Assembly: GCA_029243585.1 (NCBI GenBank)
Contig: JAQWRR010000018.1
Span: forward strand, 2,059-66,058
DNA from: Gammaproteobacteria bacterium
GTDB lineage: Bacteria; Pseudomonadota; Gammaproteobacteria; Steroidobacterales; Rariloculaceae
DNA: 64,000 nucleotides
Direction of reading: 5' to 3'
A program made the position numbers and the translations under genes. The notes beneath the pieces were generated by a model. It was not told where the DNA came from. It was given only the letters and a program-made list of their open reading frames with translations, and ran no database searches. Of this stretch, positions 45,800 to 54,767 are shown one piece after another (within the stretch, counting starts at the first letter, position 1; each line of letters opens with the position of its first letter).

Positions 45800-47152
45800 A
45801 TGGTTGTAGCAATTGCGATAATCTTATTGGTTGTGGGTAGCGTTCTGTTCCACTTCTTAAGCCCTTGGTACTTCACTCCACTTGCCTCCAATTGGGAACT
45901 AATTGACTTTACTGTAAGTATTACATTCGTTGTCACTGGTATCGTATTTGTTGTTACTAATCTTTTCATGGCTTACTGCATAATCCGTTACAGGCACCGC
46001 AAAGGACATAGAGCAGACTACAATCCTGAGGATACCAAACTAGAAAGTTGGCTCACTATAATCACAACATTGGGAGTTGCAGCAATGCTAGCTCCTGGAC
46101 TTGCGGTATGGGGCGACTTTGTCACGGTTCCAGATGATGCAGCGGAATTCGAAGCGGTTGGGCAACAGTGGCATTGGACGTATCGTTTCCCCGGCGAAGA
46201 TCAGCAATTTGGAAATGTAGATATACGTCACATTACCGAAGATAATGCTTTTGGAATGGACCCAGAGGATCCTGCAGGCCAAGATGATGTTCTTGTAGAA
46301 AGCCCGATTGTTCATCTTCCGGTTGACCAACCAACTCGAGCATGGCTTCGTTCAAAAGATGTTCTCCATGATTTTGCTGTGCCGCAGTTTCGCGTAAAAA
46401 TGGACCTGGTGCCTGGTCATGTTTCTTATACCTGGTTCACGCCTACTGTTGTCGGGGAATACGAAATCCTTTGTGAAGAACTTTGCGGAATGGCTCATTT
46501 CGCCATGAGGGGTAGGGTAGTTGTTGATGAGCCAGATGATTTCGATGCTTGGTTAGAGGAACAACCAACCTACTCGGAACTCGTGGCTCAAGGGCCGGGC
46601 GACCCAACACTTGGTCAGGCAAGTTACGGTTTGTGTGCTGCTTGTCATGGCCCACAAGGTGGTGGCATGCAGGCCCTTAATGCTCCTCGAATTGCAGGCC
46701 TTAATAAACGTTACGTGGAACGACAGTTGGGCTACTACCGTGACGGCGTACGTGGCACGCATGAATTAGACACTGCCGGTGCAATGATGCGTCCTATTTT
46801 AGCTGCACTGCCAAACGAAGCTGCGATACGCAATGTAGCAGCATATATAGAAACTCTGGCGCCTGAAACTCCTCCAGCTAATGTATCAGGGGATATCGAA
46901 CGAGGTGCCGAACTTTATGCAAATTGCGTGTCCTGCCATGGGGAGAATGGACAAGGCATCTGGACTATGAATGCACCTGCGTTAGCTGGGCAACATGACT
47001 GGTATATAGCAACTCAACTAAGAAATTTCAGGGAAGGAATTCGTGGAGCACACCGTATGGATCTTTATGGTGACCAGATGATGATGCTAGCTGATGCCCT
47101 ACCTCACGAAAAAGACGTTAACGATATTATCGCTTACCTTAATACCTTATAG
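45800..47152 (+). CDS. Cytochrome c oxidase subunit II fused to a C-terminal dihaem cytochrome c
   Basis: Two N-terminal TM segments, a CuA site (HDFAVPQFRVK...CEELCGMAHFAM), and two CxxCH motifs (CAACHG, CVSCHG). Confidence 0.92.
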   Translation: MVVAIAIILLVVGSVLFHFLSPWYFTPLASNWELIDFTVSITFVVTGIVFVVTNLFMAYCIIRYRHRKGHRADYNPEDTKLESWLTIITTLGVAAMLAPGLAVWGDFVTVPDDAAEFEAVGQQWHWTYRFPGEDQQFGNVDIRHITEDNAFGMDPEDPAGQDDVLVESPIVHLPVDQPTRAWLRSKDVLHDFAVPQFRVKMDLVPGHVSYTWFTPTVVGEYEILCEELCGMAHFAMRGRVVVDEPDDFDAWLEEQPTYSELVAQGPGDPTLGQASYGLCAACHGPQGGGMQALNAPRIAGLNKRYVERQLGYYRDGVRGTHELDTAGAMMRPILAALPNEAAIRNVAAYIETLAPETPPANVSGDIERGAELYANCVSCHGENGQGIWTMNAPALAGQHDWYIATQLRNFREGIRGAHRMDLYGDQMMMLADALPHEKDVNDIIAYLNTL

Positions 47153-47236
47153 ATCACTCAACCGTCATTTCATAATGAATAAAAAAACTAAAACTCAGCA
47201 TCTAAGCATAGACTTTAAGTCTGAAAGGAATCACTG

Positions 47237-48997
47237 ATGGCTTATGTTGCATTTGCAGATAACGATACTCACTCACATGATCCAGATACATTTATTTCAA
47301 AATATATTTGGAGTCAAGACCATAAGGTAATTGCAATACAGTATGGAATTACGGCAATAAGCGCCGGCATAGTTGCTCTCGTTCTATCGCTTTTGTTTCG
47401 ATTACAACTAGGTTTTCCAGATAGTTTTTCACTTGTCCAACCTAATGAGTATTACCAGTATGTGACCATGCATGGGATGATCATGGTTGTTTATCTGCTG
47501 ACAGCACTGTTTCTCGGAGGTTTTGGAAACTATCTAATCCCGTTAATGTGCGGTGCCAGAGATATGGTATTTCCGTACCTAAACATGCTCAGCTTCTGGT
47601 TTTATCTGTTGAGCGTCATCGTCCTTATGGCGAGCTTCTTTGTCCCTGGTGGGCCTACGGGTGCAGGTTGGACACTTTACCCACCACAGTCCATTAGTCC
47701 TGGAACGCCTGGTGTTGGAGGCGGCATTGTATTAATGATCCTATCACTGGCGATCTTCATCATTGCCTTCACGATGGGCGGATTAAACTATGTCACAACC
47801 GTGCTTCAGGCACGGGCCCGCGGTATGACATTAATGCGAATGCCTTTAGCAATCTGGGGAATCTTTGTAGCTACAATTCTAGGCCTACTAGCATTTCCTG
47901 CTTTGCTTGTAGCAGCCATAATGATGTTGCTAGACCGAGTTATAGGAACTAGTTTTTTTATGCCGGAAATGCTCTCTATGGGCGACGCCACAGAATATGG
48001 CGGTGGAAGTCCAATTCTTTTTCAGCATCTATTCTGGTTCTTTGGTCACCCTGAAGTATATATCGTAGCCTTACCAGCTTTCGGCATGGTATCTGATGTG
48101 CTAAGTGTGCATGCACGTAAAAACATTTTTGGATACCGAATGATGGTCTGGGCTATTGTCGCTATTGGCGCGCTTAGTTTTGTCGTCTGGGCACATCATA
48201 TGTATGTAAGTGGAATGAACCCCTATTTTGGATTTTTCTTTGCCACAACAACACTAATTATTGCTGTACCAACGGCACTAAAAGTGTACAACTGGATCCT
48301 AACCCTATGGCGGGGTGATATTCACCTTACGGTACCAATGCTCTTTGCTATCGGCTTCATATTTACCTTTATCCATGGCGGACTAACAGGCTTATTCTTG
48401 GGAAATGTAACTGTTGATTTACCTTTATCAGATACATATTTTGTAATCGGACACTTCCACATGGTGATGGGAGTATCGCCAGTCTTAGTTCTATTTGCAG
48501 CAATTTATCATTGGTTCCCAAAAATTACTGGGCGTATGTTTCACACAGGACTTGGGAAGTTGCACTTCTGGCTAACGTTGCTAGGCGCTTATTCGATCTA
48601 CCTGCCCATGCATTACCTAGGAATTCTAGGGCTTCCGAGACGATACTTTGCCTATGGAGATACGGATTTCATTCCAGAATCAGCTAATCTGATGAATGCT
48701 GGAATCACTATTGCAGCATTGCTTGTTGCTGCTGCTCAATGCCTTTTCTTCATTAATGTCATATGGAGTCTTATGAAAGGTAAAAAATCTGGTCCAAACC
48801 CTTGGCGAGCGGCTTCATTAGAATGGCAAACCCCCGATACACCACCGAAACATGGAAACTGGGGTGAGCAATTGCCCGAGGTTCATCGCTGGCCTTACGA
48901 TTATAGTGTGCCTGGAGCAACTCAAGATTTTATTCCACAAACCGTACCAGCTAATTCTGGAGATGCACCACAAAATGAACAGGAAGTGGAAGACTAA
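47237..48997 (+). CDS. Cytochrome c oxidase subunit I
   Basis: Haem-copper oxidase core: WFFGHPEVYI, VWAHHMY and GHFH motifs with 12 or more TM segments. Confidence 0.96.
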   Translation: MAYVAFADNDTHSHDPDTFISKYIWSQDHKVIAIQYGITAISAGIVALVLSLLFRLQLGFPDSFSLVQPNEYYQYVTMHGMIMVVYLLTALFLGGFGNYLIPLMCGARDMVFPYLNMLSFWFYLLSVIVLMASFFVPGGPTGAGWTLYPPQSISPGTPGVGGGIVLMILSLAIFIIAFTMGGLNYVTTVLQARARGMTLMRMPLAIWGIFVATILGLLAFPALLVAAIMMLLDRVIGTSFFMPEMLSMGDATEYGGGSPILFQHLFWFFGHPEVYIVALPAFGMVSDVLSVHARKNIFGYRMMVWAIVAIGALSFVVWAHHMYVSGMNPYFGFFFATTTLIIAVPTALKVYNWILTLWRGDIHLTVPMLFAIGFIFTFIHGGLTGLFLGNVTVDLPLSDTYFVIGHFHMVMGVSPVLVLFAAIYHWFPKITGRMFHTGLGKLHFWLTLLGAYSIYLPMHYLGILGLPRRYFAYGDTDFIPESANLMNAGITIAALLVAAAQCLFFINVIWSLMKGKKSGPNPWRAASLEWQTPDTPPKHGNWGEQLPEVHRWPYDYSVPGATQDFIPQTVPANSGDAPQNEQEVED

Positions 48998-49672
48998 GTG
49001 AATATCTCTCTACTTTTCGTTGCGCTCGGTGTAGCACTAATGGTTTGGTGCTTATTAATCAGCCAGCTGCAAACAAAGCCTTGGGTCAGCAAAGGCCTGG
49101 TACAGGAACAAGGTGCTGTGTCCTTGCCTGCACCTAGGGTTGGGCTTTGGGTTTTTCTGGCTGTCATAACAAGCTTATTTGGATTATTCGCTGTGGTCTA
49201 CAATATGCGTGCTGAATTTCCAGACTGGCGTCCACTACCTGATCCAAACCTGCTCTGGTTTAACACCGCGCTATTGATTCTAGGGAGTATCGCGCTTCAA
49301 CGTGCTCGAAGTGTCTCAGAAAAGCCTAATCTGGACGGCTTAAAATGGAGCCTGACTACGGGCGGTCTATTAACGATTGGATTTCTTTTTGGCCAACTCA
49401 TAGCGTGGCGGCAGCTTACTGGTTCAGGCTATGCTTTTACTACCAACCCCGCAGACGCTTTTTTCTACCTGCTTACTGGTATACATGGCCTTCATTTACT
49501 AGGTGGTCTCTGGTTTTGGGCTCGCGCTAATCTTAAGGTCTGGGGAAATGTAGCGATGTATAGTATTGAAGAAGTTGCTCATTTACGCTTGAGCGTACAG
49601 CTATGCTCAGTCTACTGGCACTATCTACTTTTGATCTGGCTGATTTTATTTGGCCTTTTGCTATCAACATAA
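48998..49672 (+). CDS. Cytochrome oxidase subunit III-like protein (CoxO-like, first of two)
   Basis: The GTG start immediately follows the subunit I stop. Subunit III motif region FYLLTGIHGLHLLGG. Confidence 0.75.
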   Translation: MNISLLFVALGVALMVWCLLISQLQTKPWVSKGLVQEQGAVSLPAPRVGLWVFLAVITSLFGLFAVVYNMRAEFPDWRPLPDPNLLWFNTALLILGSIALQRARSVSEKPNLDGLKWSLTTGGLLTIGFLFGQLIAWRQLTGSGYAFTTNPADAFFYLLTGIHGLHLLGGLWFWARANLKVWGNVAMYSIEEVAHLRLSVQLCSVYWHYLLLIWLILFGLLLST

Positions 49673-49686
49673 AGGATTGAATTTGT

Positions 49687-50376
49687 ATGGGATCAAACGT
49701 GACTGAATCTCAGACTGCAACCCTACCAGAAGGGCTTCAAGGACTTACACACGACTGGTCATCTGATAAACAGGCGTTCTATGTTCCATGGGGAAAAGCC
49801 ATGATGTGGTTCTTCCTATTGAGTGATACTTTTATTTTTGGCTGCTTTTTAACGTCCTACATGAACGTGCGGATGTCCACGCGTGTGCCTTGGCCTAACC
49901 CAAGTGAGGTTTTCGCTCTTAGTTTTGGTGGTGAGCCTATCCCATTAATACTGATTGCCATAATGACATTTGTTCTTATTACAAGTAGTGGCACCATGGC
50001 CCTTGCTGTGAATTATGGGTACAAACAAGACCGCGCTAAAACTGCTGCATTAATGTTCGTAACTGCTGCCTTCGGTGCAATATTCGTGGGCATGCAGGCA
50101 TTCGAATGGACAAAGCTAATTGTGGATGAGGGTATTCGCCCTTGGGGTAATCCAATGGGTGCGCCACAGTTTGGTGCAAGCTTTTTCATGATCACAGGAT
50201 TCCACGGATTACACGTATCAATTGGTGTGATTTATCTAGCCGTTGTCGCACTAAAAGTTCTTAAGGGAGATTACGAAGCATCAGGCAATTATGAAATTGT
50301 TGAAATAACTGGTCTTTATTGGCACTTTGTTGACCTCGTTTGGGTTTTCATCTTCGCATTCTTTTATCTTTGGTAG
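49687..50376 (+). CDS. Cytochrome c oxidase subunit III (CoxP-like, second of two)
   Basis: FFMITGFHGLHVSIGV and the YWHFVDLVWVFIF motif typical of subunit III. Confidence 0.85.
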   Translation: MGSNVTESQTATLPEGLQGLTHDWSSDKQAFYVPWGKAMMWFFLLSDTFIFGCFLTSYMNVRMSTRVPWPNPSEVFALSFGGEPIPLILIAIMTFVLITSSGTMALAVNYGYKQDRAKTAALMFVTAAFGAIFVGMQAFEWTKLIVDEGIRPWGNPMGAPQFGASFFMITGFHGLHVSIGVIYLAVVALKVLKGDYEASGNYEIVEITGLYWHFVDLVWVFIFAFFYLW

Positions 50377-50384
50377 GAAATAGT

Positions 50385-50741
50385 ATGGCATCTGAAGGAC
50401 ACCAAGAGCACCCATTAAGCATTTACCTGTGGATTTGGGTATTACTATTTGTGATTAGTACGTTTTCGTATCTTGTTGATTATATTGGATTCGAAGGTTA
50501 CCTAAGATGGTCGTTAATTATTGTGTTTATGTTAGCTAAGGCGGGGCTAATCATTGCGATTTTCATGCATATGATTTGGGAGCGTCTGGCGTTAATCTAC
50601 GCCATACTTGCCCCACCTCTTTTGCTTTCTTTTTTTATTGGTTTCATGGCAATAGAAGGTGACTACACACTTCTAACTCGACTGAATTTTTTTGGTGAAA
50701 CAAATTTTGTCGCGCAGCATCATACCGAAGAAGTGCACTAA
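50385..50741 (+). CDS. Small membrane subunit IV-like protein of the oxidase cluster
   Basis: 118 aa with 3 TM segments, starting 8 nt after the subunit III stop. Size and position match prokaryotic oxidase subunit IV. I prefer ATG 50385 over the upstream TTG, which would overlap subunit III. Confidence 0.6.
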   Translation: MASEGHQEHPLSIYLWIWVLLFVISTFSYLVDYIGFEGYLRWSLIIVFMLAKAGLIIAIFMHMIWERLALIYAILAPPLLLSFFIGFMAIEGDYTLLTRLNFFGETNFVAQHHTEEVH

Positions 50742-50750
50742 AGGATCACT

Positions 50751-51011
50751 ATGCCTTGGACAATAATTAGCCTCATTATTTTTCTTGCTCTCTGGGCTTT
50801 AGCCTGGAAAAGCCAGCCAAAGCTAGCTCTTGGTATCTTTATCGGTTTATGCCTAGGGGGCCTGTCCGCCTCTTATCTTGGTCCCTATGAATCTTTAGCC
50901 GACGTTCCTATCTGGCTGCCTCCACTGCCTTTTATTACAGTGACCGTAGTGCTATTAATATATGGTTTGCTCGCTTGGCGGATTTCAACCGACGACAAAA
51001 AATCAAACTAA
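50751..51011 (+). CDS. Small hypothetical membrane protein trailing the oxidase cluster
   Basis: 86 aa with 2-3 hydrophobic segments, starting 9 nt after the preceding stop. I recognise no family. Confidence 0.5.
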   Translation: MPWTIISLIIFLALWALAWKSQPKLALGIFIGLCLGGLSASYLGPYESLADVPIWLPPLPFITVTVVLLIYGLLAWRISTDDKKSN

Positions 51012-52375
51012 CGCCCGTAAAAAAAGGTCGGTAGCCATGTTGCTAGCTCGGGAACAAATGCCAGAACAGTTAGTGCTAATAGTTGTATCGCAATAAATGG
51101 CATAACACCTCGATAAATATCTGTCGTCTCTACAAAATCTGGGGCAACACCTCGTAAATAAAATAGTGCGAACCCAAATGGTGGCGTTAAAAATGATGTT
51201 TGCAAATTAATTGCGATCATCACGCCAAGCCAAATGGGGTCAATTCCCATAGTTAATAATATTGGCCCAACAATAGGCACTACAACAAAAGTTATTTCGA
51301 TGAAATCAAGTATGAAGCCAAGAAAAAACATAAGAAGCATGACCGTCAACATAGCTCCAAAAATACCCCCAGGGAGCCCAAGCAAAAGCTCATGGACTAA
51401 GCTATCACCACCATAACCACGAAAAACCAAAGAAAAAATTGATGCTCCAATTAATATCAAAAAAACCATGCTACTAACACGAACGGTACTTTCCATGACC
51501 TCTTTTAGTCTTTGGAAAGAAAACTGTTTTTTAACTACTGCCAAGAAAAGAGCGCCAATAGCGCCCACGCCCGCTGCCTCTGTGGGTGTAGCCAAACCAG
51601 CGATGATTGATCCAAGTACTGCGAGGATAAGTATTAGTGGTGGTGCTAATGCAAGCACTATCTCTGTGAGGCTAATCGTCTCAGAATCTGAGTGGGCCGG
51701 CATAGTGCTAGGCTTTAAGAATGCAAGAAAAAGCAGATATGTGATGTACAAACTAACGAGCATCAAACCCGGCATTAGCGCGCCTAAGAACAAATCTCCC
51801 ACGGAAACAGTATCCGGCGAAAAAATCCCTTGGTCTAACTGAGACTGGCTATAAGCTGAAGAGAGCACATCTCCAAGCAAAACAAGAACAATAGATGGAG
51901 GAATAATCTGTCCAAGAGTCCCTGAAGCACAGATAGTCCCTGTTGCAACAGCTGGGTCGTATCCACGACGCAACATTGTTGGAAGAGACAGTAATCCCAT
52001 TGTGACTACTGTTGCACCTACGATACCAGTGCTAGCTGCAAGCAACATACCAACGATGGTGACTGAGATTCCCAACCCCCCGGGTAACCTTCCAAATAAC
52101 AAACTAAGGCTATTCAAAAGACTCTCGGCAATCCGAGCACGCTCAAGCGTAATCCCCATAAAAACAAACAGCGGTACCGCCATTAACGTTTCATTACCCA
52201 TTATGCCAAATATGCGATTAGGCATGGTCCCTAGGAAAGCGTAGTCAAAAGAACCCAGTAAAACCCCAAACCAAGCAAAAATTAATGCGATGCCCCCCAA
52301 AGAAAACGCTACTGGGTACCCCGCTAACAATACAATAACTGCAACAGCAAACATCAATAATGCAATCCACTCCAT
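51008..52375 (-). CDS. dctM: TRAP transporter large permease subunit (DctM family)
   Basis: 455 aa with about 12 TM segments, typical DctM composition, and an overlap with the upstream DctQ-like gene. Confidence 0.85.
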   Translation of the reverse strand: MEWIALLMFAVAVIVLLAGYPVAFSLGGIALIFAWFGVLLGSFDYAFLGTMPNRIFGIMGNETLMAVPLFVFMGITLERARIAESLLNSLSLLFGRLPGGLGISVTIVGMLLAASTGIVGATVVTMGLLSLPTMLRRGYDPAVATGTICASGTLGQIIPPSIVLVLLGDVLSSAYSQSQLDQGIFSPDTVSVGDLFLGALMPGLMLVSLYITYLLFLAFLKPSTMPAHSDSETISLTEIVLALAPPLILILAVLGSIIAGLATPTEAAGVGAIGALFLAVVKKQFSFQRLKEVMESTVRVSSMVFLILIGASIFSLVFRGYGGDSLVHELLLGLPGGIFGAMLTVMLLMFFLGFILDFIEITFVVVPIVGPILLTMGIDPIWLGVMIAINLQTSFLTPPFGFALFYLRGVAPDFVETTDIYRGVMPFIAIQLLALTVLAFVPELATWLPTFFYGR

Positions 52376-52923
52376 TAGACTAATTCGCTCTTTGAATTAT
52401 GCGGGTCTTCACTTACAGTTCTTTTATTGCTTAGTACTAAAACAGAAGAAATTAGGTTTGCAATTCCTTGTAAGGTGAGTAATACAGCAGTGAGCGGAAT
52501 GATGCTCTTAAGTATTGGGACGAACGGATATGGTAGTCCCCCAGCTTCCCGTGAAGACTCTCTTATGGCCCAAGAAATTGATACATAGTCCCAACTTGAT
52601 ATCACAAGAAAAACCGTTACTGGCAAGAGAAAAAATATTGTACCTACTAGATTAACAATAGCTTTATTACGATTAGAAAGACCACGGTAAAAAATATCAA
52701 CTCGGACATGCTCATCATTTTTCAAAGTGTAAGCAGCACCAATCATGAATACCATTGCATGCATCCAGATTATGCTTTCCTGCATAGCAATCCAACCAAG
52801 ATCAAACACATAACGAAGAACAACGATAATAAAGGTTCCAACAACCATAAAAATCGTGAGCCACGCTACAGTTGAACCCATGAATTCCACAAACCACTCT
52901 AAGGCTTTTCTGGTTTTTTGCAT
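52375..52923 (-). CDS. dctQ: TRAP transporter small permease subunit (DctQ family)
   Basis: 182 aa with 4 TM segments. It has a 1-nt overlap with dctM, the canonical Q-M arrangement. Confidence 0.75.
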   Translation of the reverse strand: MQKTRKALEWFVEFMGSTVAWLTIFMVVGTFIIVVLRYVFDLGWIAMQESIIWMHAMVFMIGAAYTLKNDEHVRVDIFYRGLSNRNKAIVNLVGTIFFLLPVTVFLVISSWDYVSISWAIRESSREAGGLPYPFVPILKSIIPLTAVLLTLQGIANLISSVLVLSNKRTVSEDPHNSKSELV

Positions 52924-52960
52924 TGCCTTCCTTAACTACATTTTCTAGTCGCACTGAAAG

Positions 52961-53284
52961 CTAGTTAGCGTTTTGTAATCGCTTCAGAAAAACCTTCATT
53001 TCACGCGAGGCCTGTATATCGCCATGCTGGGTAGCCACCCTGATTCCTTTGTGATAGCTGTCAATAGCCTCTTCCACAAGACCTGCTTCTACTTGTACTT
53101 TTCCAAGTAACTTCCAAGCAGCTGAAAATTCAGGGTCCTGGACTACCGCGCTCCTAAGGTGATCAATTGCCTGAGATGTCTCTTTCAACTTCGCATACTC
53201 AGCCCCAAGGGCAAAACGTAAGCTTGGGCTATCAGTTCCCCCAATCAGTATAGCCTCAAGGCGATCAACAGCAGTCATTATCAT
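52961..53284 (-). CDS. Small TPR-repeat protein
   Basis: TPR-like helices (LRFALGAEYAKLKETSQAIDHLRSAV, AAWKLLGKVQVEAGLVEEAIDSYHKGI). I prefer ATG 53284, which forms an ATGA overlap with the trkH stop (53281-53283). Confidence 0.6.
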   Translation of the reverse strand: MIMTAVDRLEAILIGGTDSPSLRFALGAEYAKLKETSQAIDHLRSAVVQDPEFSAAWKLLGKVQVEAGLVEEAIDSYHKGIRVATQHGDIQASREMKVFLKRLQNAN

Positions 53285-54732
53285 GGTTTCCAGAATGTGG
53301 GGGTAATCAACACAAGTAATGTAAAAATCTCCAATCGGCCTAGGAGCATTCCACAAACTGCTGACCATTTGCCAACGCTGCCAATATCAGAAAAACCTAT
53401 AGACACCTGCCCTAATCCTGGGCCTAAGTTATTAAGAGTAGCTGCTACTGCAGCAAACGACGATACTGGATCAAGCCCACTTGCCAACTGAACAATCAAA
53501 AGCATGCCAAAAATAACAACATAAACCGCAAAAAAACCCCAAACAGCATTAATCACTCGATGATTAACGCTCATTGAGCCAAGTTTTACAGGAATCTCGG
53601 CGCTTGGGTGGACTAATCTTTGAACTTCAGCCAAGCCCTGTTTGTACATGAGCAGCCATCGTACTACTTTCATTCCCCCGGCTGTCGATCCAGCACACCC
53701 CCCGATAAAGCTGGAAAGTATTAATATTATAGGGAGAGCTCCTGGCCACACAGAAAAATCAGCTGTAGTAAACCCGGTTGTTGTACCAATTGAAACAACC
53801 TGAAATAGCCCTTTTGTAAAGGTCTCTGACAATGTTGAGTAGTACCCGCTTAAGTAAAGATAAACAAGTACAGAGACACTAACGAAACCAAGAACTTTTA
53901 CATAGGCGCGAAACTCTGGGTCCAGTAAATAGTTGCTTAGGGATCGATGCCGCCATGCAAGAAAATGAAGAGAAAAATTTACGCCAGCTATAAACATGAA
54001 AATAACAGCAATCATATCGATTAGCGTACTATTGAAATGTCCAATACTTGTGTCATAAGTAGAGAAACCTCCAATTGCTACTGTGCTGAATGCATGACAA
54101 ATAGCATCGAAAAAATTCATGCCTGCAGCCCAGTAAGAAGCTCCGCATAAGATGGTGATACCAAGATAGACATACCATAGAGCCTTAGCTGTTTCCGTAA
54201 TACGTGGTGTTAACCGACTATCCTTAACAGGCCCTGGTGTCTCTGCACGGTATAACTGCATACCCCCTACACCCAATATAGGCAAAACTGCAACCGCAAG
54301 AACAATTATTCCTAAACCGCCAAACCATTGAAGTTGCTGACGGTAAAACAGAATTGATTTGGGTAGGGTATGTAAATCAGATAGTACAGTAGCGCCGGTT
54401 GTTGTTAAGCCAGATACAGATTCAAAGACCGCATTAGTAAATGTCATCTGAGGGTATTCAACTAGCAAAAATGGTGCCGCACCAAACAAGCTTAGAACGA
54501 TCCAAAAAAGTGCTACTACTAAAAACCCATCACGCAAACGCAGCTCACGCTTTTCATGGCGAACAGGCCACCAAATAACTAGGCCTGATCCAAGAATAAT
54601 CAAGAAAGATCCAATGAAAGCTGGCCAAGCATTATCGGAAAAAATAAGCGAGACTAACACTGGTATTAACATAGCGCTGCTGAACATAGTCAACAGCAAT
54701 CCCAAGATTCGCTGAATAGCTGATCTAGTCAT
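53281..54732 (-). CDS. trkH: Potassium uptake protein TrkH
   Basis: 483 aa with repeated M1-P-M2 units containing GLTTTGAT, TVAIGGFS and IGTTTGFT selectivity-filter-like motifs. Confidence 0.92.
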   Translation of the reverse strand: MTRSAIQRILGLLLTMFSSAMLIPVLVSLIFSDNAWPAFIGSFLIILGSGLVIWWPVRHEKRELRLRDGFLVVALFWIVLSLFGAAPFLLVEYPQMTFTNAVFESVSGLTTTGATVLSDLHTLPKSILFYRQQLQWFGGLGIIVLAVAVLPILGVGGMQLYRAETPGPVKDSRLTPRITETAKALWYVYLGITILCGASYWAAGMNFFDAICHAFSTVAIGGFSTYDTSIGHFNSTLIDMIAVIFMFIAGVNFSLHFLAWRHRSLSNYLLDPEFRAYVKVLGFVSVSVLVYLYLSGYYSTLSETFTKGLFQVVSIGTTTGFTTADFSVWPGALPIILILSSFIGGCAGSTAGGMKVVRWLLMYKQGLAEVQRLVHPSAEIPVKLGSMSVNHRVINAVWGFFAVYVVIFGMLLIVQLASGLDPVSSFAAVAATLNNLGPGLGQVSIGFSDIGSVGKWSAVCGMLLGRLEIFTLLVLITPTFWKP

Positions 54733-54767
54733 TTTTAGAAAGAGCTATACTAATGTTCATTAGAGGT

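Noticed and set aside
51468-51842. 124-aa ORFs antisense to dctM here, and similarly to trkA at 55201-55575
   Set aside because: Both are embedded in strongly supported genes on the other strand. The products are compositionally odd (Ser/Thr/Ile-rich) with no motifs.
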